Of a stretch of 64,000 nt of DNA, positions 1 to 64,000 are shown piece after piece (position 1 is the first letter of the stretch; each line of letters starts with the position of its first letter). The translations under genes and the position numbers were made by a program. The notes under the pieces are model-generated. The model searched no databases. It was not told the DNA's origin and worked only from the letters and a program-made list of their open reading frames with translations. Origin of the DNA: Paraspadella gotoi (lineage: Eukaryota > Animalia > Chaetognatha); NCBI GenBank assembly GCA_051294375.1, contig CM119263.1:15416532-15480531 (forward strand), read 5' to 3'.

Positions 1-675
1 TACTTTTTAAAAAAAAATATGTCAAATTACGTCGACAGCTCGCCGACGCAAATAATAAGTATTTTTCATTAAAACCACCTTTAAAAAAAAAAAAACATTA
101 TATTTTTACGAGTCCCTTTCGCCCGGTTCAACCTTTTTCCGATCCTCATCCACCCTAATATCCTCCGACCCACGGAGCTCGACCTTTTCTCATTTTCACT
201 CGGAGAATAATTTTTGCAATGCGTTCGAGGACACGAAATCTCGCCCGAGGGAAGAGGAGAAGAGGAAAGGAAGGAAAGGAGGAAAGCGAAACGGAGGAAG
301 AAGGAAAAAGAGAAAAGAACCAAGTAAAAAAGAGAGAGAGAGAGAGAGAAAAAGGCGAACCGAGAGTAAGACTCTCACTCTAATCGAGGTAATCAATACT
401 TTCGGAAGAAAAAAAAAACCTAAATGAGTTGACGAACTCGACGAGAAATTGGCGAGGAGGCGCGAGGAAGGGGACAAGAGAAAATGGTTGAACGGAGGGA
501 AAAAATGGGAAGAAGAAAAATTCGCAAAAAAAAGCAAAAAAAGAGGAGAAAAAAGGAGTTGGTGATTCGCCAGCGAGCGAAAAGGGAATATTGAAAATGA
601 TGACTTTTTGCTCTTTAGCTCTGATGACGTATAATGGTAAATAATGGATTCCTTTCCAGAAGAGCTCGGAGAAAA

Positions 676-734
<59 letters not shown>

Positions 735-1259
735 GGAGAGAGAAGAGATCGATATATATATAATATTTCTACAGTGCGTGGGCTCATTCTTTATATGCTT
801 GAGAGAGAGATATATATATATTATATTCTCTACAGGTTGCGCTCATCCTTTATATGTTGAAACCGAGGATTGGGAGATACGTTCCAACAATACAGAGGCA
901 GGGAGTTTTAATATTTAGCAACTTGTAGTTTTACGAAAATGGCCAAGTGTTTAGTGCGAACGCCGCGCGGGACCATAAAAGGGGAACGAGAGCCGGCTTT
1001 GAGAATGTCATTTTAGATACATGAGGGTTAGTGGAGTGGGGTGCAAGAGGATCGCGTGTGCGGATTCATCAGATTTGTGCCGTGATTTTGTAGGCCATAA
1101 GTGAATTTCATAGTGACCGTTAAGGAAATTCAATAACGTCCATCATAAGTTTTGAAGCCATTCTTGTTTGAAACACTGAGGTTTCCTTTCGTCCCTGGTT
1201 TCGATTCCGCATTTAGTCCCTGTGGTCTGAGAAAAGGGTAAGGATAAACTCACCTTGGT

Positions 1260-56597
<55,338 letters not shown>

Positions 56598-57570
56598 CTG
56601 GAGGAGGAGGGGAAAGTTCGAGTGGATCGTCAAGGATAGGTCTGAGAAGAGATCGCCGAATATCGCGGCAGTTTCAAAAATCAATATATTTTTTCCCAAG
56701 GACATATTTGCCAAAATATATCGTTCACCAGACGAATGGAAATGGAACTGAAAGTGTATTTTATCAGTCGATTTTAATACATTAGATACTATCTCGAATG
56801 ACGTCAACAACTTCCCTCTTTCTCCTCCCTATCTTCCTCCCTTCCTCTCTCTCTCCCTCTCCCTCTCCCGCCTTAAGTGTATTAATGCTACATCTAAAGA
56901 AGAAGCTTTTAGCTTTGTTTCGTCGAGGATAAACTGATGGCTTCTTTGTCGGCGGAGACCTCGCTAAACCGATAAGAAAGAAATAAATGAGCGCATGAAG
57001 AAAGAGAAAGAAAGAAAAAATGAAGCCAGAAAAAGGAAAAAAAAAAGTCGAGCACTTTCACCAAAAAAGGTCTTGGTTCTGCTTCTTAACTGTCTTTCTG
57101 AACTAACTTTTTGTAGTAATATTGTAGGATTTCTAATTTTGCAACTTTCATACTTTCATGAAAGCATAAACGTCGCTACGGTTTTGCTCTCTCGTTTTCA
57201 GTTTTCTTCATTGAATTAACTCAGATCTTTCTACACCTTACGATTCTACCGGCGTTCCTTCGTATTCCTTTCTTTTTCACTTTCTCTTCACGCCTCATAT
57301 CTCACATCTTATATCTCACACCTACCAACCCACACCTACCTCACATCTCATTTCACGCTTCCTCAATCTGCTTCCCTTTCATTCTTTCTTTTTCCCCTTC
57401 TATCTCCTGACTCATGAAAAAAAATAAAAGGATTAATTTGCGAAAGAAAAAAAAAGGTTTTATTTAGAAAATGAATAAGAAAATAAAAATTAAAGGAGAC
57501 GAAGTAGGAGACGAGCCTTGGGGAAGTGTTACGAATGGGAGAGAGACGGAGGGGGATAACGTTGACAAAA

Positions 57571-57695
<125 letters not shown>

Positions 57696-58401
57696 TAGAG
57701 AGAGAGAGAAAGAGCTTAACGAAAACACAATGGAAAAAAAAAGGGGAATGAAAAAGAGTGAAACCCTTGTTTTTCACTTCCCCCTTTCATTTTTCCCTCC
57801 TGTTTATGAGCGTCGTAAAAGGGAAATGCCTTTTCTTCTTAATAAACCATCGAGAATTTCTCGAGAAACGAAATAATAAAGAAGAGGCGGGAGGCAGAAA
57901 ACAAAAAAATAAGAAAAGAAAAAAAAAGAGAAAAGAGGGGAAAAAATTACTAACTTTTTCGTGGAATGAGAAAAAAAGGGAACAGTCTTAATGGTCGTGA
58001 GTAGTTCGACGGAAATTGGGGAAAGGAAACGACCTAAAGAGATAAAATGGCGGACGATCCTTTTTTGTAATTCCCGAGTCGAACTTGGTTTTTTTTTGTG
58101 AGAAATTTTAAATTTTAAATTTTAAGTTTTTGAATAATCGGGTCAACTTCGATACTTTTAAAAGTATATCGGTTTTTATAGTATTTACGAATTACATTGA
58201 GTAAATTTCAAGTATGCTTATCAATTTGTATATACTGTACATTGTACAAGGTACAAGGTACAGTGTACAAGGTTTTAAATTTATAACGAACATATTTTTT
58301 AAAAAATACATCGACAACGTGGCCCGCCAAAAAAGGGAGTGACAAAAATTGTCACCCCAATTGTCATCATCGTCGTGAACGGCGTCGAAAATGGTTTTCA
58401 C

Positions 58402-58486
58402 CTCCCCCCACCCCCGCCCGTCCCCGAGTAGTAGTGTCACCAGAAGCGGCTCAACCCCCCGAGGCCCCCGAGGACCCCCGAGTCAT
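58402..58486 (-). CDS. Candidate first (signal peptide) exon, needs removal of one G: MTRGSSGASGVEPLLVTLLLGDGRGWGE
   Basis: aaaATG start; GAG|gtgaaa phase-0 donor matches the Ig1 exon. Length is 85 nt (84+1) and there is a G6 run; the hydrophobic core is short. Confidence 0.25.
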
Positions 58487-59616
58487 TTTAAACTCCCGAT
58501 TTTTCAGAAGCGAAATTGTTTTTCGCCGAAAAAACCGAATTGGAAGTCAAGTTCGACTAGAGAAGACGGGGAGAAAGGGGGGGGAGGAGGAAGAGGAGGT
58601 GGGGAAGTCGCAGTAAAACGTTTTCCGTCTTCATTCTTCCTCTATTTTCACCTCTTCTTTCCTCCCTTCCTCCCTATTTTCCTCTCTTTCATTTTTAATG
58701 CCTTCGTCGACGATTCCCCGCCCACTCTCCGCCATAAAGACATTCTCTTCCTGTTCTCGTTCGGCGCGCGAGGAAAAAAAAAAGACGTCGTTAAATAAAC
58801 GTTTTTTAATTTTGGTTTCTCGTTTTTAGCGAGAGAGAGGTGAGAGAGTGATGATGAGAGAGAGAAGGAGTGAGCTGATCGGCACTCGAGTACGACTCGG
58901 ATTGCAGATGTGCTCGCTAAACAGTCGATGATGAGAAGGAGGAATGAGAAGAGAAGAGAGGAAACATTAAAACTGTCGTCGAAAACCGTCAGACAAAAAA
59001 ATACGTATGTATGGTAACGCATAAAAAAGCAGAAGAGAGTAACAATTTATTCAACTCAGTTTAGACGTAACTGAATGAATGCAGTATTTAGTTTTAACTT
59101 TTAATTACACAAAATCTTTCCAGAGAAGTCTCTTTTGCGTATAAAAATAGTTTTTTGACTTTCATTTTGACTAAAGATTAACTTGTATGGAATTTCCCTT
59201 CCATTCACAAAAGACCTCTCCCTTCCTTTCAAGAAAAACCTGACAATCATTTCGCTTTCAATAAAAACCCAGACTTACGCTTCGCCCACAACCCTGCCGC
59301 CCAACCACGTCGCCCACAACCCCACCGCCCAACAGCTTTGTCCACAAAGAATCACAGCCGATAAAGGAAATGGCGCAAAGAAACCCGGCCCTGGTCGAGG
59401 CGCCAATGAGAGACTTCTTAAAAACTTTTGGTCGAGTCTGTCTAATAGTAGAGGATAGTAGAGATGAACAATAGTAGAGAAACTATTTACTAGAATTACA
59501 TTGAAGATTGAGCGAAAGTAATGGCGGTAGACTTATTTAAATCAAAATATATTACTATCTACTAGAAATCTTACTAGAGGTAAGGGATTTTTAGTCTTTA
59601 CTCTCCCTCTCTCTCT

Positions 59617-59648
<32 letters not shown>

Positions 59649-60298
59649 TCTCTCTTTCTTTCCACTTTTTCTTTTTCTTCATCATTCAAAATAAAAAAAG
59701 AAAAGAAAAAAGAAACAGGCGTCGCTCTTTTGTCTACTCCTTTTTTTTCCTTCGCCAGCGCCTCTGGCGGGTGGCCGATCGAGTTGATTTGTTGCTCTGT
59801 CAAAGAAAGTCAATGGGGCAAGCCATGATTAATGGTCGCTGTCCCTTTGCCGCCGCCAAAGCTTTCGATCAGCCAATAATCCGACATCATTCCCTCGCAG
59901 GGCCTGGAGTCGCCAGTGGGTAGGGCCGGCCCAAACCCCTCCCCAGGGTGTATTGCGACCAGGAAAATCCTTCCTCGCAATCAACCCTTGTCAAAGAATC
60001 TCTTTGCTATGTTTACGCACTGAAAAAAAAAGTCTCTCGCTGTGGAAATCCCCCAGGTCAAGATCATAATCATCGTTACGAGGACCAACTTCAATACAAA
60101 ATTCTGTAACGATATCCATTTAAAATTACAATAATTAATTACAGCTTATTTACTCGGCAAATTTTATTACAGTTTAGGATTCGGGGCAAGGTTTATTCAT
60201 ATTTTTTTGCCTGTTTGAACAGCTTTTATTAAACATGAAAATAAACATAAACGAATTACTATCTTCTTTGTTGTTACCACTTACCAGGTTGAAAATAA

Positions 60299-60455
60299 TT
60301 ATGTTGGCATGGTAACTATATAAATGTGATCGACGTTTGTCGTGGAAGTAATGGAACCCTTCTTTTCTCTAGGATTAAATGGTCGCGATTGGGAAGAAAC
60401 GGAGGAGGTGACGTCACGAGGGAACAATGGTAGCACAACCATCTGTACTCTTGGG
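60299..60455 (-). CDS. Probable terminal exon of an upstream gene: (S)PRVQMVVLPLFPRDVTSSVSSQSRPFNPREKKGSITSTTNVDHIYIVTMPT*
   Basis: Strong acceptor ttttatttctctcag; phase 2 matches the 60705 donor; TAA at 60301-60299. Confidence 0.45.
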
Positions 60456-60704
60456 CTGAGAGAAATAAAAAAAACGTTTTTTTTTTCGTCAAGAATTTCG
60501 GAACTTGGTTGATCATGAAAAACTACTTACAGAACAATTCAATTACATTATTTCTGCTGATAAAAAGTTTTAAAATAAAGATTATTACATCAAAGTTTAT
60601 TTCAAATTTCCTATGAGAATAAAGGCTGAAGAACGTACACATAAAAAATTTATCAATATAAAAAAGCCTTAGATCCACGAAAAGAAATTTGATCGAATAT
60701 AAAC

Positions 60705-60822
60705 CTTTCCCTTTCAGTTCCTTTGACATCTAACGCAGCCTCCGCCGCAGCTGCTTCAACTGACGCCGATGTCGCCGTTGGTTCTGCGCCCGCGTTTTTT
60801 GACCCAACTTTGCCCCAAGCTG
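60705..60822 (-). CDS. Probable exon of upstream gene: (A)AWGKVGSKNAGAEPTATSASVEAAAAEAALDVKGTERE
   Basis: Long pyrimidine tract plus ctttcag (NAGNAG) acceptor; AAG|gtttat donor; 118 nt, phase 1 to 2. Confidence 0.45.
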
Positions 60823-60975
60823 CTGAAAGTTGAAGGAAAGAAAAAAGGGGAAAACTGAAAAGGGAGAGAAACTTGAGAGGGGAGAAATATGGGAAGACGG
60901 AGAACAACATTGAGTTAATCCAGTTTAGGAAACAAGTCGTCGCAACGCAAAAAGAGTTCGGGATGGGGGTTTAAC

Positions 60976-61196
60976 TTTAAGGCCTCCATCATTCTTACAA
61001 GATAATGACATAGCAGATCCCAGGTCCCTGTCAGCTTTCAATCAAGACTCTCTCACAGTCTCGTTTATTCACTCACAGAGTACCTGGCTTCCCTTTCAAT
61101 GAAGTGGTATAATATTCCAAAGAATGTTTCAATTATATTAAAAGACCACTCCTTTAAGTATCAGATTTTGCACTCCGCACTTGCATCAAAATACAA
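60976..61196 (-). repeat. Diverged copy of the 324-bp repeat, spanning the monomer junction
   Basis: Its reverse complement aligns to 52457-52635 and then continues into 52312-52355. Confidence 0.85.
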
Positions 61197-61880
61197 TCGC
61201 TCACTATCTGTTCTCTATCTCTTACCACTTGCATGTCAACCGCTCTCCAATCGCTTTTCAATCGCTTAACGACAGAGTTAAGCGATTTCGAGAAAAACAG
61301 GACACTTTGACTCACTGTCGTAGAAGAGATCTTGAATGATGGAACGCCAAGCCGAAATGGAAAAAGTCAAACGAGAGCAGTAAAAGTAAAAGTTCCGAAT
61401 AGTTACGTAGGATTTGTATATTCTCAGAGCTGCGTTTCGAAATTTAGTCTAGATAGTATAGTAGACACTGATTCACGGAAAATCCGAAAAATAGACTCAC
61501 TCTCACTCACCGTCGAGAAAGAAAAAATTTAACGAAAAAAAGGCGAGTTAAAAGGAACAAAAAATGAAAAAGAAAGGTAAGACTAAGAAAAACAAAGAAA
61601 ATAGAAAACCTAAAAAAAGAGAAAGTAAGTTAAAAAAAAAAAAACTCTAAAGGAAAGAAAAAAAAAGGAATATTTAATAAAGTGTAAATAAACAAAAGAG
61701 AAAAAAAAAGACAAACGGGAAAATAGAAACATAAAAAAGTAAGAGAGAAAAAAAAAAAGACTCGGAGGAGACGAGGCCGCAGGAAGAAGATAAAAAATTC
61801 AGGGGAAGACCTTCCCTCGTCCAACTTTAGCGGTTTGTTCCCTTTTCTAATGGGAAGTCGGTTTCCGCTTGAAATTTCAC

Positions 61881-61999
61881 CTTCGTTTGTCCCTACGACT
61901 GAAGGATCTGTCATTCCGATTCCCCGAAGACGACGGTTAACCCTGGCTTCGTGACGCAGCTGGCGTTCTCGAAAGTAGGCCCGGGTTCGCCCTTCGTAA
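61881..61999 (-). CDS. Probable exon of upstream gene: YEGRTRAYFRERQLRHEARVNRRLRGIGMTDPSVVGTNE
   Basis: Acceptor gatatctacag; AAG|gtgaaa donor; 119 nt. Only the phase 2 to 1 frame is open, and it matches the next exon. Confidence 0.45.
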
Positions 62000-63639
62000 C
62001 TGTAGATATCTTTTATAACATTTATATGAAATATATGATTAAAAATTATATTTTGGTGACTCGGTCATGAAGATCGGACAAAGTCGTCGTAAAAATGCGG
62101 TCGAAATTGAGCTGAATACCAAGTTGGACGACGATGACAGGCCAATGCCAATAGTATTCTAATACTTCTACATCCATTTAGAAAATGACTAGGTTAAAGA
62201 TGCTGATAACAACTACGAAAAACACGATTTAAACATCGTACGAGAATTCGCTTCCATGGTTATCAGGATTATGATGTTGTGTGAAACCGATTTAAGTTTC
62301 CCACAAACTTACCCCTAAGTTTATAGCTTGATCTCAAGTTTTTTAAGAATAAAACAGTTTGTTTGAAATAGACTATTTAGTGAAAACATTTCGTAAGACG
62401 ACGAAGACGTTATTACCCACAACAACAACTATAAGTGAGACGACGAAGACCACCATAAAATCGACCATTGCGACCCGCGCCGCTTATCGAGTTGACGAGA
62501 AGACGACAACGAAGACGATGACAAAGACGATGACGACGACAACGACGACGACGAGTAAGAAGTTATGTTCTCGCGACTCGCGAATTAATCATCTCTGCTG
62601 ACGTTTTATGGAAGAATGAAGACGCTATCAAAAAACGGGTCGCGGAGAAGACGACGGGAAGTCGCGCTTTTAACGGCGCCTCAGTCGGCGTCTCGCGGCG
62701 CCGTTCGGTGTCACGCGGCGCTACACGACCTCTCGCGGCGCCAACCGGAGCTTCGCGGGGTTCGGTGATGGAACGACGCATTGTAAATGAGGAAATGGAC
62801 ACTTTTTTAAACCAAGTTATTTTCCCCACCTTTTTCTTGTTCCTTGTTCTAATTCTCACTTTTGTTTCGTTTGAGGTTAAAAAACGTAAAATAAATTTAT
62901 TATGGTTAACTATATTACCACCGTTGATGACCGGATATTAATTTTACAGGAACTTTAATCAGGAGCGATAGGAAAAAAACTTGATTAAACTAGTAATTCT
63001 TGAACTGTATATTATTTTACTAACATTTATTAGTTAGTTATTAGTTAGTTTTTTTCTATCACCCAAGATTGAAGTCCCAGTATCTGTACGTAAAATTTAA
63101 AATCCATTTTAGTCTTTTTGTTTTGTGACTTATTTAAATATCGATCTTTTGCCATTTCTTTTCCTGCCCATTGCCCGGTCCTCGGTTCATTTCCCGTCGT
63201 TCTCTACCTCTTTTCCGTTCCGCCTAATCCAGGCTGCCTGCCAGGCCTGCCTGCCTGCCTGCCTGTCTGCCTGCCTGGTCTGGACTCGCGCCCAATTTTC
63301 GGGTCGACCCCAACCCAGACCTCTTCGCGTCACTTAGAGGGAAAACCCTTCCCAGACCGGAGATTATGATCGCTGGCTTTTGCTCAATGAACCAAATTCT
63401 TTGCCAATTGCGTCAAGAAACAGAAAGAAATAAAGAAAAGAGGAGAGAGAGAAAAAAGTCCCTGTTTTTCTCGTTTTAACTTCCCACGAATAAATTACGC
63501 CGTATTGAGGTATATATAATTATTTGTGATAAAAGGATAAAGGCAAATACCGAGAAATTTTTTTTTCCCTTGGCCAAAAGCTGAAACCTGGTTCCACAGC
63601 AGAAAAAAAATAGGAGGGGGAACAACGAGAGAAAAAATC

Positions 63640-63732
<93 letters not shown>

Positions 63733-64000
63733 GCAGCGATTGTGTCCTCTTCAATTCCCCAGCCACAACAAGGAAAACATAAAGCGCATGGAACCAACAA
63801 AAACCGACGGCGTCGGCTTCGGGGTGGATGGGCGATAACAATGGAAATCCGACCGAGGGGGCGTTGCCTCTGCAAACTGGGTGGGCGTGGCAGTCGAGTG
63901 GCGCAAGAGATAGAGAGAGAAGGAGTGGGTGGACGGCGGAGGACTAACGTCTTGGAGAAATCCCCGACGAAGAAAGATCCAGGGAAGGAAGGGACTTTCT

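Noticed and set aside
1227-1253. 27-nt GT-AG micro-intron extending the NPAY frame (and a 20-nt one at 48247-48266)
   Set aside because: Too short for typical spliceosomal introns when the gene's other introns are hundreds to thousands of nt; no support without cDNA.
59279-59437. 159-nt segment with a gtaagt donor as the signal-peptide exon
   Set aside because: No ATG; the hydrophobic frame ends in phase 2, whereas the Ig1 exon needs phase 0. Could be a UTR exon.
63731-63900. Coding-like GC-rich stretch at the window end
   Set aside because: Several frames on both strands are partly open; strand and boundaries cannot be determined.

Overview
Eukaryotic (animal-like), AT-rich but CpG-rich, microsatellite-dense draft scaffold with many N gaps and noisy gap-fill sequence. 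Almost all ORFs in the track are low-complexity artefacts. (1) A spliced minus-strand gene can be assembled by hand from 11 phase-compatible GT-AG exons between 56597 and 1260. It encodes a type I membrane immunoglobulin-superfamily protein: V-like Ig, C2-like Ig, a degenerate third Ig, a TM helix, and a tail ending in ESRL*. (2) One of its introns contains, on the sense strand, a nearly complete circularly permuted (type P5) twister ribozyme at 45069-45149. (3) A 2.43-kb TIR element with TTAA duplication and GG...CC ends (Kolobok-like) sits at 19681-22110, and its empty site is also in the window (23275-23278). (4) A segment of about 0.75 kb appears with all four junctions of a reciprocal inversion. 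(5) Three phase-compatible 3' exons of a probable second minus-strand gene lie at 60.3-62.0 kb. Much of 8-35 kb is redundant (inverted and tandem copies, several joined by exactly 25 N) and is most likely long-read gap-filling artefact rather than real duplication. All calls are by eye; no searches were run.
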